Shown in pieces: positions 32,431 to 42,102 of a DNA stretch of 42,120 nt (position 1 is the stretch's first letter; each line of letters starts with the position of its first letter). The position numbers and the translations under genes were made by a program. The stretch lies in NCBI GenBank assembly GCA_944386145.1, contig CALWZZ010000001.1:1-42120 (forward strand), read 5' to 3'. The notes under the pieces are model-generated. The model worked only from the letters and a program-made list of their open reading frames with translations, ran no database searches and had not been told where the DNA came from. Source of the DNA: an uncultured Clostridia bacterium. Its GTDB lineage: Bacteria > Bacillota > Clostridia > TANB77 > CAG-508.

Positions 32431-32439
32431 AATTATTTT

Positions 32440-33627
32440 TCAACAATCCCTAGTCTCTCTTGCTATCATAATCTCTTCATTGGTTGGAATTACAAACGTT
32501 CTAACGTTTGAATCTTCGGCTGTAATTTCTGCCTCTATACCTTTTACTTTTTGATTTTTTTCTTTGTCTATTTTGACACCTAATACCTCTAAATAATCAC
32601 AAATCGCTTCTCTGGAATCTTGCCCTTTTTCTCCTACACCTGCTGTAAATGTCAAAATATCAAAGCCATTCATTGCCACTGCACATCTTGCTACATAACA
32701 AGCTACTAGATAATGGAAATTGTCTAACGCAAGAATAGACCTCTCATCTTCAGCCTTTGCCTCTGCTTCTATATCACGAAAATCAACTGAAACACCAGAT
32801 ATTCCATAAGCTCCAGATTGTTTGTTTAGAATTTTCTCCATGTCATCTGGTTTTAAGTTTTCTTTTTTCATAAGGTATGTAACTACAGATGGGTCTAAAT
32901 CTCCACTTCTGGTTCCCATAGAAATGCCTCCAAGTGGTGTTAATCCCATACTCGTTTCTACTGACTTTCCATTTTGAATTGCACAAACACTGGCACCTTG
33001 TCCTAAATGGCAATTAATAATTTTTAATTCTTTGATATCTTTCCCTACCAATTCTGCCACTCTATTTGCCACAAATTGATGAGAAGTTCCATGAAATCCA
33101 TATTTTCTAACCCCATATTTTTCATAATATTCATATGGGATTGGGTAAATGTATCTTTCCTTTTCTAGTGTTTGATGAAATGCTGTATCAAACACAGCTA
33201 CCATTTTTATATTAGGAGCCAATTTCTTACAAGCTTTAATTCCTAAGATTGCTGCTGGATTATGTAATGGTGCTAAATCTACACATTCTTCGATTCCTTT
33301 TATGACTTCATCTGTAATAACAACTGGTTTTGTGAATTTTTCGCCACCATGAACCACTCTGTGTCCAATGCCACCTAATTCCTCTAAACTTTTTATTACC
33401 CCATAATGCTTATTGGTTAATCTGCTTAATACAAATGAAATTGCTTTGTCATGATTTTTAGCATAATGCTCAAATTTGTGAACTTCGCCATTTACTTTGT
33501 GTGTCAAAAAGGAATCTGCTTGCCCAATTCTTTCAAAATAGCCTTTTGCTAAAACACTTTCTGTTTCCATATCAATGACTTGATATTTCAATGATGAACT
33601 TCCTGAGTTTAATACTAATATTTTCAT
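32440..33627 (-). CDS. ackA: Acetate kinase, paralog 2 (it could be an acetate or propionate kinase)
   Basis: It has the same motif set as paralog 1 ([36 protein letters not shown]). An AAGGAG RBS precedes the ATG at 33627. Confidence 0.85.
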   Translation of the reverse strand: MKILVLNSGSSSLKYQVIDMETESVLAKGYFERIGQADSFLTHKVNGEVHKFEHYAKNHDKAISFVLSRLTNKHYGVIKSLEELGGIGHRVVHGGEKFTKPVVITDEVIKGIEECVDLAPLHNPAAILGIKACKKLAPNIKMVAVFDTAFHQTLEKERYIYPIPYEYYEKYGVRKYGFHGTSHQFVANRVAELVGKDIKELKIINCHLGQGASVCAIQNGKSVETSMGLTPLGGISMGTRSGDLDPSVVTYLMKKENLKPDDMEKILNKQSGAYGISGVSVDFRDIEAEAKAEDERSILALDNFHYLVACYVARCAVAMNGFDILTFTAGVGEKGQDSREAICDYLEVLGVKIDKEKNQKVKGIEAEITAEDSNVRTFVIPTNEEIMIARETRDC

Positions 33628-33717
33628 AAAAACTCCTTATCTTTATTTTTTTGTTACTCATTGTGCAAGTTAAATTGTTTGTTATTTTATAATTAAAAAA
33701 ACTCTTTTTAATATAGC

Positions 33718-34713
33718 TTAGTTTTGTGCTTGTACGGCTGTTATGGCAACAACCCCTGCTATATCATCACTATTACATCCTCTTGATAAATCATTTACTG
33801 GTTTTGCAATACCTTGACATAATGGGCCATAAGCCTCTGCCTTTGCTAATCTTTGCACCAATTTATATCCAATATTTCCTGCATTTAAGTCAGGGAAAAT
33901 TAACACATTTGCTTCTCCTTTTAATGGACTATTAGGTGCTTTTGATTTTGCGATTTCTGGAATAATCGCTGCATCTAATTGCAATTCTCCATCTACTAAT
34001 AAATCTTTTTGTTTTTCTTTTACTAATTTTGTTGCTTCAATTACTTTTTCAGTTAACTCTGAATGTGCACTTCCATAAGTAGAATAAGAAAGCATCGCTA
34101 CTTTTGCTTCTTTTCCTACTAGTTGTTTAAAGCTTTTACTAGATGAAATGGCAATTTCTGATAATTGCTCTGGATTAGGATTTTCGTTTAATCCACTATC
34201 GCCAAATATAAATACACCATTTTCACCATATTCACAATCAGGTACAACCATGACAAAAAAAGCAGAAACTAATTTGGTATCTGGTGCTGTTTTTAGAATT
34301 TGTAAAGCTGGTCTTAATGTATCTGATGTAGAATGTGCTGCTCCTGAAACTAATCCATCTGCTTTGTTATCCTTTACCATTAACATCCCATAATATACTG
34401 GGTCTAAAACCAATTCTTTTGCTTTTTCGATTGTCATTCCTTTGTGTTTTCTTAACTCATATAGAAGATTTGCATATTTATCATAATCTTCTGATTTTTC
34501 TGGGTCTACAATTTTGGCACCTTCAATATTTACCGCATTTGTTTTTGCCTTTTCTAAAATATTCTCTTCTTTTCCTATTAAAATAATGTTTGCGTATTTC
34601 TCTTTCATTACCTTCTCTGTTGCTTTTAATACTCTGATGTCTTCTGCTTCTGGAAGAATAATGGTTTTCATGTTTTGTTTTGCTCTTTGTTTCATTTCTT
34701 CAATAAAAGCCAT
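33718..34713 (-). CDS. pta: Phosphate acetyltransferase, short form
   Basis: It has IILPEAEDIRVLKA, DGLVSGAAHSTSDTLRPALQI and ANVLIFPDLNAGNIGYKLVQR. I chose the ATG at 34713 (MAFIEEM), 8 nt after AAGGAGG. Confidence 0.9.
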   Translation of the reverse strand: MAFIEEMKQRAKQNMKTIILPEAEDIRVLKATEKVMKEKYANIILIGKEENILEKAKTNAVNIEGAKIVDPEKSEDYDKYANLLYELRKHKGMTIEKAKELVLDPVYYGMLMVKDNKADGLVSGAAHSTSDTLRPALQILKTAPDTKLVSAFFVMVVPDCEYGENGVFIFGDSGLNENPNPEQLSEIAISSSKSFKQLVGKEAKVAMLSYSTYGSAHSELTEKVIEATKLVKEKQKDLLVDGELQLDAAIIPEIAKSKAPNSPLKGEANVLIFPDLNAGNIGYKLVQRLAKAEAYGPLCQGIAKPVNDLSRGCNSDDIAGVVAITAVQAQN

Positions 34714-34812
34714 TTCTGTTGCCTCCTTTACCTCAACCATTATATACTATAACCAAACAAAAGCACAAGTCTTTTTTGAAATTTTCATCATACAAAAGCC
34801 AGAATTACTAAT

Positions 34813-34840
34813 ACCTCGGTTAGCCCTACGGGTCCGAGGT
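34813..34840 (-). terminator. GC-rich hairpin between the 88-aa gene and pta
   Basis: acctcgg pairs with ccgaggt, with an inner ccc/ggg pairing. The flanks are only moderately T-rich, so terminator function is tentative. Confidence 0.4.
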
Positions 34841-34922
34841 AAATTTTCTCACTATAGAAGTTGTTTTTTCCATCTAATGTTGGAAAATCATTTTCATTAT
34901 ATATCCATTTAGCCCAACCTGT

Positions 34923-35189
34923 CTATAATGCTTCAATTTCTTCCTGTGTTAAATTGGTTATTTTTTGTATTATTTCAATTTCTATTCCATTATCCTTCAT
35001 CTTTTTAGCTATTTCTTTTATTCCTTTTTCCCTTCCTTGCTTATATCCATATCTTTCCACTGCTTTTTCATCTCTTATTGCCTTTTTTCTTAACTCTGCC
35101 AAGATTTGCATTCTTTCATCTTCGCTCATCACTTCTAACTTTTCTTTTGCTTCTTTCATCTCTTTATTTTCTTCCATATACTTCTTCAC
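34923..35189 (-). CDS. Small stand-alone protein resembling the C-terminal tail of Rpn/YhgA (Transposase_31) family proteins
   Basis: It contains ...SEDERMQILAELRKKAIRDE...GREKGIKEIAKKMKDNGIEIEIIQKITNLTQEEIEAL, which has the pattern of Rpn-family C-termini. No nuclease domain is present. The start is either GTG at 35189 or ATG at 35177. Confidence 0.45.
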   Translation of the reverse strand: MKKYMEENKEMKEAKEKLEVMSEDERMQILAELRKKAIRDEKAVERYGYKQGREKGIKEIAKKMKDNGIEIEIIQKITNLTQEEIEAL

Positions 35190-35195
35190 CTTCTT

Positions 35196-36227
35196 TTATC
35201 CAAATATTTTTGGCAAAAATATAATTAATCCAACAATTACAGAAATGATTGCTGAAAATAGCACTGCTCCTGCTGCAATATCTTTGGCATATTTTGCCTT
35301 TTCATTAATTTCTGGCATAGCAATATCCACTGTTGTTTCAATTGCTGTATTGATTAATTCTAATGAGATAACCAAAGCAAATAGTAATAAACACACTATC
35401 CATTCCATTGCCGTAATTTTAAAGACAAATCCTGCTATAATCACTAAAAACATAATAATAAAATGTATTTTTAAATTCTGTTCTGTTTTCCAGGCTTCTT
35501 CGATACCTTCAAAAGCATATTTAAAACTATTTCTTAATTTTTTCCTTTTCTTTCTCATTTCTACCATTTTTCTTTTATTCATCATTTTCGTTTTTCCTTT
35601 TTCTAATTGTAATATAGATCTTGTCACATTAGTAAATAGCAATAGATAAACTATTGATATTGCAAATCCACCAATCACATCACTTGCATAATGTACACCT
35701 AAATAAATTCTGCTAAATCCAATCAGTGGTATTAGAAATCCCAAAATGCCACAACTAATATATTTTATTCTTTTATTTTTTACCATTTTCCATATCAAAT
35801 AAATAATTAAGCCATAAAATGCCATACTTACCATGGAATGTCCTGATGGAAAGCTATATCCACTTTCAACAATTAAACGATATCCATCTGGTCTCGGTCT
35901 TTGTATAATATATTTCAGTAATTGATTTAAAATTGTTGCAATTGCTAAGTTGCTTGATATACATAGCCCTATTTTTTTGTTTTTAAAAAATAGCAATGTT
36001 CCCAAAGCAATCGCTATTAATACATATGCCGAAGATAAGTTGGTTATTACTTTCATAAATACAGTTAATGGTTCTGACCTTAAATTAAGGATGACCAGTC
36101 TATATACAAATACATCTAATTCTAATTGTTCATTTTCAAAGATATCTTCTAATATCATTAGAACAATGATTAGACAAAGAAAGGCAATAATCCATTTATA
36201 ATTTTTTTCTATGATTTTTTTTAGCAT
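35196..36227 (-). CDS. Fusion of a PAP2 phosphatase (BcrC/PgpB-like) and a DgkA-type integral-membrane kinase (undecaprenol/DAG kinase)
   Basis: The N-terminal half has the PAP2 motifs KYIIQRPRP, PSGHS and SRIYLGVHYASD. The C-terminal part (about 120 aa) has the DgkA pattern FKYAFEGI...ELINTAIE..VD...A..AKD.AAGAVL. Confidence 0.8.
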   Translation of the reverse strand: MLKKIIEKNYKWIIAFLCLIIVLMILEDIFENEQLELDVFVYRLVILNLRSEPLTVFMKVITNLSSAYVLIAIALGTLLFFKNKKIGLCISSNLAIATILNQLLKYIIQRPRPDGYRLIVESGYSFPSGHSMVSMAFYGLIIYLIWKMVKNKRIKYISCGILGFLIPLIGFSRIYLGVHYASDVIGGFAISIVYLLLFTNVTRSILQLEKGKTKMMNKRKMVEMRKKRKKLRNSFKYAFEGIEEAWKTEQNLKIHFIIMFLVIIAGFVFKITAMEWIVCLLLFALVISLELINTAIETTVDIAMPEINEKAKYAKDIAAGAVLFSAIISVIVGLIIFLPKIFG

Positions 36228-36254
36228 TTGTAATTCTCCATTCCAATAGATTTA

Positions 36255-37367
36255 TTAAAATTTTATTATTTTTTCCCACGTTAAATTTTCTTTTCCAAAA
36301 TGCCCATAATTTGTTGTTTGTGAATAAATTGGTTTATCTAATTCTAAATATTTGATAATTCCATCTGGGGTTAAATCAAATGTTTTTCTAATTTTTGCAA
36401 TTAATTCATCCTCTGATATTGCACCTGTTCCAAATGTATTTACTTGTATTGATAATGGTTCTTTCATCCCAATTGCATATGAAATTTGTATTTCACATTT
36501 TCTAGCATATCCATTTGCAACAATATTTTTAGCAATATGTCTTAGCATATAAGTTGCTGACCTATCTACTTTGCTTGCATCTTTTCCTGAAAATGCACCT
36601 CCACCATGTCTTGCATATCCGCCATAGGTGTCGACGATAATTTTTCTACCAGTTAGTCCAGTGTCTCCCAAAGGCCCTCCGATGACAAATTTTCCAGTTG
36701 GATTCATATAGATTTTTGTATTTTCATCTATCATATTTTTTGGAATAACTGGTTTAATAACCTTTTCTAATACATCTTTTTTTAATCTGTCTTGATGAAT
36801 ACCTTCATTATGTTGTGTAGAAACGAGTATGGTTTCTATTCTTTTAGGTCTGTCATTTTCATATTCTACAGTTACTTGTGTTTTTCCATCTGGTCTTAGA
36901 TAGTCTATTTCTTTATTCTTTCTTACATCTGTTAATCTTTTAGACAATTTATGTGCCATAGAAATTGCGTATGGCATATATTCTGGTGTTTCATCACATG
37001 CAAATCCAAACATAATGCCTTGGTCTCCTGCTCCTCCAACATCAACCCCTAAGGCAATATCTGGGCTTTGTTTTGTGATATTAATATCAATTTTGCAAGT
37101 TCTATAATCCATATCAATATTTTCATTGTCATATCCAATTTCTTTTATAGTTTCTCTTACTAGTTTTTCAATATCAACTTCTTTTCCTTTTGCTGTTACT
37201 TGTCCTGCAATCGTAATTTTATTTCCTGATGCAAAGGTTTCTACTGCTACTCTTGCAGATTTATCTTGTTTCAAATAAGCATCTAATATACAGTCTGAAA
37301 TGGTATCACATAGTTTGTCTGGATGTCCTTCTGTGACACTTTCTGATGTGAAATAATATTTATTCAT
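36255..37367 (-). CDS. metK: S-adenosylmethionine synthetase
   Basis: It has [29 protein letters not shown] and GGGAFSGKD. The ATG at 37367 follows AGAGGAA. The 408-aa track ORF is an upstream extension. Confidence 0.9.
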   Translation of the reverse strand: MNKYYFTSESVTEGHPDKLCDTISDCILDAYLKQDKSARVAVETFASGNKITIAGQVTAKGKEVDIEKLVRETIKEIGYDNENIDMDYRTCKIDINITKQSPDIALGVDVGGAGDQGIMFGFACDETPEYMPYAISMAHKLSKRLTDVRKNKEIDYLRPDGKTQVTVEYENDRPKRIETILVSTQHNEGIHQDRLKKDVLEKVIKPVIPKNMIDENTKIYMNPTGKFVIGGPLGDTGLTGRKIIVDTYGGYARHGGGAFSGKDASKVDRSATYMLRHIAKNIVANGYARKCEIQISYAIGMKEPLSIQVNTFGTGAISEDELIAKIRKTFDLTPDGIIKYLELDKPIYSQTTNYGHFGKENLTWEKIIKF

Positions 37368-37429
37368 TTCATTTCCTCTTTTCTTATCATTTAAATATGC
37401 AAATTTCCTATTATTAAAGAAAATATGTA

Positions 37430-38344
37430 TTACGTTTTGTTCTCTTTTTCGCAAATTGCAAGTTCTATCGCTTTTTGACAATTTTGAATGCTAACAAAAT
37501 TTGTATTTCCAGCAAATTCTCCATCAATTGTCCAATCAACATTTTTTTGTGTTGTTATTGTAATTTTATTGGCTTTAAAATACACAAAATCTCGATTTAC
37601 CATATAATCTTTATGTCTAAAATCACTTAATAAACGAAAATATCCTGAAAGTTTTTTAGGTTTTCTAATAAAAATCCCTTCAAACTTTCCATCTGCTAAA
37701 TCAATATCCTCTCTATTAAACCACTTAAAACCAGCAATAGATTCAGAATTGCTAATTCCTCCATAGATAAACTCTCCTTCCAACTCTTCCTCATCAAATT
37801 GGATTCTTACTTTATAGGTAGGAATTTTAATCAATTCTTTAACTGCTTTCATATAATAAGCTAATCTTCCATATTTATTTTTAGCTTTCTGAGACGTCTT
37901 ATAAGCAACATCTGTAATGACACCAAAAGCCGCCACATAACAAAAATACTTATCATTATTAAACTTTCCTACATCTAATACTCTTGCTTTTGATTCTAGC
38001 AATTTTTTGGTTATAGAAATATCTTTTATCGGCATGTCCAAACTTCTCGCTAAATCATTTGTTGTTCCCATAGGAATATAAGCAATACTAACATCTTTCG
38101 CCTCTAAATCCATAATCGCTGAAACCGTTTCATTAAATGTTCCGTCTCCTCCACATACCAATATTAAGTCAGTTTCCTCTATATTATCTAGCACAATGTT
38201 TTTGGCATTATATTCTTTTTTAGTAAGTTGTATATTCACTTCCATATTTTGCGCTTCTAGATTTCTTCTAATTTCTTTTATATAACTTTTTATATTTCCT
38301 TTTCCAGATGTTGGATTGATAATTGCTAATACACGAATGCTCAA
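37430..38344 (-). CDS. Soluble diacylglycerol-kinase-family lipid kinase (DagK/DgkB/YegS-like)
   Basis: It has [11 protein letters not shown] and [13 protein letters not shown] motifs. I prefer the TTG at 38344, 5 nt after GAAGGAAA, which gives about 304 aa. Confidence 0.75.
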   Translation of the reverse strand: MSIRVLAIINPTSGKGNIKSYIKEIRRNLEAQNMEVNIQLTKKEYNAKNIVLDNIEETDLILVCGGDGTFNETVSAIMDLEAKDVSIAYIPMGTTNDLARSLDMPIKDISITKKLLESKARVLDVGKFNNDKYFCYVAAFGVITDVAYKTSQKAKNKYGRLAYYMKAVKELIKIPTYKVRIQFDEEELEGEFIYGGISNSESIAGFKWFNREDIDLADGKFEGIFIRKPKKLSGYFRLLSDFRHKDYMVNRDFVYFKANKITITTQKNVDWTIDGEFAGNTNFVSIQNCQKAIELAICEKENKT

Positions 38345-38426
38345 AATGATTTCCTTCTTTCTTTTTATTAGTCCACAGAATTTTATCACATTTTTCGGAA
38401 ATAGTAAAGAGACAATTCGGGGTATG

Positions 38427-38557
38427 TCCAATTGGGGACGGAGCGATGACTTTGGGGACGGAGCAAAAAATCATCATTTCTATAAAGATTTTTGTAAAAC
38501 TTTTTATAGAATAAATGATGATTTTTTGCTCCGTCCCCAAAGTCATCGCTCTTGGAC
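38427..38557. repeat. Long near-perfect palindrome with 39-bp perfect arms
   Basis: 38441-38479 is the exact reverse complement of 38513-38551. The 33-nt centre is itself palindromic (tctataaa/tttataga). The outer gtccaa/ttggac adds 6 bp across a 9-nt bulge that duplicates ttggggacg. The element starts 5 nt after the ABC gene's stop. Confidence 0.8.
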
Positions 38558-38561
38558 AATC

Positions 38562-41174
38562 TTATTCTGTTCTTAATGCTTCTACCGGGTCTTTTTTGCT
38601 TGCCATTCTTGCTGGAATTAAACCTGCTATAATTGTTAAAAACATACTGATTAATACAAGGATGACACCTCCAACTGGTGGAAGTGTAACACTTACACTT
38701 ACGCCTGTTACTGCATAAATAATTTTTGTGATTGGTATATTTAGTAATATTGTTATTCCAATTCCTAACAATCCTGCAATTAGTCCTACGATAAAGGTTT
38801 CTGCATTGAATACTCTTGATATATCTTTTTTAGAGGCTCCGATGGCTCTTAAAATTCCGATTTCTTTTGTTCTTTCTAATACAGATATATATGTTATAAT
38901 GCCTATCATGATAGATGATACTACCAATGAAATCGCTACAAAGGCAATTAATACATAACTAATTGTATCAATTATCTGGCTAACAGAACGCATCATAATA
39001 CCGATTAAGTCTGTATAATTAATGACATTTTCTTCTTTTCCTTCATCTCTTTGTGTTTGATTATAGCTGTCAATTTCTTGTGTAATAGCATCTTTTGCAT
39101 CAAAGTCTTTTGGATAAATGCTTATTGATGATGGTTTATCTAAATCAACAGCACCAAGTGTTTGTAAGTTTCCATCATAACTTGCATTAATATTGTCATT
39201 ATAGGTTTCCATTACTTCTGCCAATTCTTCTGTGCTTAACATAGCAAGTTGCATTCTTTGTTCATCACTTAATTGGCTATAATCAAAGGTTGTTGAATTA
39301 TCATCTGGAAATGCTAATCCTGTAAACACATTGATATCTGGGTTATCTTTTTGTTCTTTTACAATTTCTGCTTCATTGCTTTTATTGATAACATATTCTT
39401 TTAATTCTTTTGTATAGCCAATTCCGCCACTCATTCCTGTTGCTACACTTTGTTCATTTTGTTTGATAATTCCTACTACATTTATGTTTTCGCAATTATT
39501 TAGCAATTCTTTCATGTATTCTTCATCATCACTTTTATCTACCCATAAGCCATTTTCTTTTTCATAATAGTCTGAATTTAATACCAATTTGAAAGATAGA
39601 TTTAACAATTCGTCATACGTATAGGAAGTGGTTTCTCCCTCTTCTACTGTTTCTCCATTTTGCACTTTATTCCATTTTTCTTCTAATTCATTTTGGTCTT
39701 TTAATCCTAAAGCATATAATGTATAATCACTAATTTCATTATTATCATTCACAATCAAAACAACTTCATTATAATTTGTAGGCCAACTTCCTGCTACTAA
39801 ATCATATTGAGAATGTAGCAATTCTTCATTGTCTAGCATTTCTTCCCACACATCTGTATTAGACATACTTGTCATGCTAGAACCAAACATAGAACTCATT
39901 GAAGAATTGTCTCGTGCTTCAAACATATCGCCCATTCCTAATGCATTCATAACCGTACTTGGATTTACTTGTACAACACCATTTGATGTATCTTCTTTAT
40001 ATAAATTAATGTTTAAGTTGTAATTATATTGTATAGCTGTTGCATTTTCTTTTATGGTACTATTTTCATTTTCAATATAATTTTTCAAAGCTTCCAAATT
40101 ATTATTTGATACTTTACTTGATAAGGTTGATATCATATCATCCATTATATCTCTTGAATAGATTTTGCCATCTTCATGTGTTTCTGCATTTTCTTCTGTT
40201 TCTCCCATTAGACTTTCCATCATACTAGATATGTCTACTGTAGACTCATCAATGGTTATTGGATATGATGACAATGTATCTTCTTCTACTCGATTAATAT
40301 AATTTTGTACACCATTTGAGATTGATAAGATTAAGGCAATACCAATAATTCCGATACTTCCTGCAAATGATGTTAACAAGGTTCTTCCTTTTTTCGTCAT
40401 TAAATTATTTAAGCTAAGTCTTAATGCTGTAAAGAATTTCATGGCTGTTCTACCACTTTTGGCTTTAGAATCCTTTTCCTTTTCTCTGTCTTCCTCTGTA
40501 AATGGTTCAGAATCATCTGTTATGACACCATCTAAAATCTTTACAATTCTTGTAGAATATTTTTCTGCTAATTCTGGATTGTGCGTTACCATAACAATTA
40601 ATTTGTCTTTCGATATTTCCTTCAATATCTCCATAATTTGAACACTGGTTTTTGTGTCTAATGCACCTGTTGGTTCATCTGCCAAAATGATGTCTGGATT
40701 ATTTACCAATGCTCTTGCAATGGCTACTCTTTGCATTTGCCCACCTGATAATTGATTTGGCTTTTTATGGATTTGTTCTTTTAATCCTACATCTTCTAAT
40801 GCTTTTATAGCTCTTTGTTTTCTTTCTTCTCTTGATACACCTGATATGGTAAGGGCTAACTCTACATTTGAAAGCACCGTTTGGTGTGGGATTAAATTAT
40901 AATTTTGGAAAACAAAGCCTACAGAATAATTTCTATATGCATCCCAATCTTTGTCTTTAAACTTTTTCGTTGATTTTCCATTAATTACTAAGTCTCCTGA
41001 AGTATATCTATCTAAACCTCCAATAATATTTAAAAGTGTTGTTTTTCCGCAACCACTTTGGCCTAAAATAGATACAAATTCACTTTTTCGAAATTCAATA
41101 CTGATTCCTTTTAATGCTTGAACCGTTGAACCCCCTGAAATATAGTCTTTGGTAATATTTTTTAACTCTAACAT
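38562..41174 (-). CDS. Fused ABC transporter of MacB/FtsX type: ATPase, large extracytoplasmic domain and FtsX permease
   Basis: It has Walker A GQSGCGKTT, the signature LSGGQMQR and Walker B ILADEPTGALD. An extracytoplasmic region of about 470 aa follows. The C-terminal FtsX-type TM bundle contains ERTKEIGILRAIGASKKDI. I prefer the ATG at 41174, 7 nt after AAGGAGA. Confidence 0.8.
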   Translation of the reverse strand: MLELKNITKDYISGGSTVQALKGISIEFRKSEFVSILGQSGCGKTTLLNIIGGLDRYTSGDLVINGKSTKKFKDKDWDAYRNYSVGFVFQNYNLIPHQTVLSNVELALTISGVSREERKQRAIKALEDVGLKEQIHKKPNQLSGGQMQRVAIARALVNNPDIILADEPTGALDTKTSVQIMEILKEISKDKLIVMVTHNPELAEKYSTRIVKILDGVITDDSEPFTEEDREKEKDSKAKSGRTAMKFFTALRLSLNNLMTKKGRTLLTSFAGSIGIIGIALILSISNGVQNYINRVEEDTLSSYPITIDESTVDISSMMESLMGETEENAETHEDGKIYSRDIMDDMISTLSSKVSNNNLEALKNYIENENSTIKENATAIQYNYNLNINLYKEDTSNGVVQVNPSTVMNALGMGDMFEARDNSSMSSMFGSSMTSMSNTDVWEEMLDNEELLHSQYDLVAGSWPTNYNEVVLIVNDNNEISDYTLYALGLKDQNELEEKWNKVQNGETVEEGETTSYTYDELLNLSFKLVLNSDYYEKENGLWVDKSDDEEYMKELLNNCENINVVGIIKQNEQSVATGMSGGIGYTKELKEYVINKSNEAEIVKEQKDNPDINVFTGLAFPDDNSTTFDYSQLSDEQRMQLAMLSTEELAEVMETYNDNINASYDGNLQTLGAVDLDKPSSISIYPKDFDAKDAITQEIDSYNQTQRDEGKEENVINYTDLIGIMMRSVSQIIDTISYVLIAFVAISLVVSSIMIGIITYISVLERTKEIGILRAIGASKKDISRVFNAETFIVGLIAGLLGIGITILLNIPITKIIYAVTGVSVSVTLPPVGGVILVLISMFLTIIAGLIPARMASKKDPVEALRTE

Positions 41175-41241
41175 TCTCATTCTCCTTATGCATAGTTTTT
41201 AACATGACTAGTTAATTTATTCAATATTTTTCACATAAAAT

Positions 41242-42102
41242 TTACAAATTACTTTCATTTGTTAATTGTCTAAAATCAATATATACATCTGCGTTACTAT
41301 TTTCTAGCGTAATAATGGCACTTCCAGTACCTAATATTGAATTATCAGATGTTGTTCTTATACCTGTAATATACGTATTTCCAAATTGATTATTATAATT
41401 TATTTGATAGTCATCTATTGTTCCAATCAAGTTCATATCTGTATCTGAATATTCTAAATCAATTTTAGCAGTTTCTGTAACTTTTACATTTACAGCCTCA
41501 ATTCCTGATTCAGAATCAAATGATAATCTTCCAACTTCTGCTTGATAAATATCTAAATTTCCATATTCATTTTTAAATTCCATACTATCTGCCACAATTT
41601 CATCTATTTCACAATAGTTATCATAAATATCTAAATTCAAATTCGCTGTATTTAATGTTTCAATATCTGCTGATACATAATTAATTTCTAAATCTATGCT
41701 GTCTAGTTTTACATCTTTTGGGATATATATTGTTATACTGATATTCTCATTAGAAAGACTAGATGGCAGATTCTCATCACTAATTTCTAAAGTATCTCCA
41801 TCTTGTTTTATCTCCATTCTGTCTGGGATGTTTGTTCCTTCAACTTTAAAACTATCTCCATTTTTTATAATCAATTCTGTTACTTCAGCAGTAATGTCTA
41901 GATTTTTGATATTTTCATATGTTCTTGAAATATCTTCTCCTTGATATTCTTCTGCACTTTCTATTAAATCTCTAAATTCATTATTTTTAGAACTACTCAC
42001 AAATTCTCTTGCAATCCCTAAAAGTACCCATACAATTGTGATGGCAAGATATATTCCAAATACAATTGCTGCATATTTTATGAACTTTTGTAATCCTGTC
42101 AT
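41242..42102 (-). CDS. Membrane-anchored beta-rich protein, DUF4097/LiaG-like
   Basis: It has an N-terminal TM helix followed by short repetitive beta-strand-like segments (LDITAEVTELIIKNGD..., LDIYDN..., LDIYQAEVG...). A GGAGGTG RBS lies upstream. The family assignment rests on pattern only. Confidence 0.45.
   Translation of the reverse strand: MTGLQKFIKYAAIVFGIYLAITIVWVLLGIAREFVSSSKNNEFRDLIESAEEYQGEDISRTYENIKNLDITAEVTELIIKNGDSFKVEGTNIPDRMEIKQDGDTLEISDENLPSSLSNENISITIYIPKDVKLDSIDLEINYVSADIETLNTANLNLDIYDNYCEIDEIVADSMEFKNEYGNLDIYQAEVGRLSFDSESGIEAVNVKVTETAKIDLEYSDTDMNLIGTIDDYQINYNNQFGNTYITGIRTTSDNSILGTGSAIITLENSNADVYIDFRQLTNESNL

Noticed and set aside
34861-35649. A 262-aa plus-strand ORF, together with many other plus-strand ORFs in the track (for example 19768-20187, 29927-30259, 34514-34912, 11189-11488 and 12063-12365).
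   Set aside because: All of them lie antisense to minus-strand genes that have strong family motifs. Their products are low-complexity, F/L/I/S-rich sequences with no RBS, which is typical of shadow ORFs in AT-rich DNA.
37368-37429. I looked for a SAM riboswitch (S-box or SMK-box) upstream of metK.
   Set aside because: Only about 62 nt separate the upstream stop from the metK start. I saw no S-box core and no SD-sequestering SMK-like pairing.
38268-38718. Three overlapping ORFs (38268-38546 on minus, 38316-38576 and 38515-38718 on plus).
   Set aside because: They are created by the long palindrome and the adjacent gene ends. Their mirror-image peptides (…FCSVPKVIA…) appear on both strands, as expected from an inverted repeat rather than from coding sequence.
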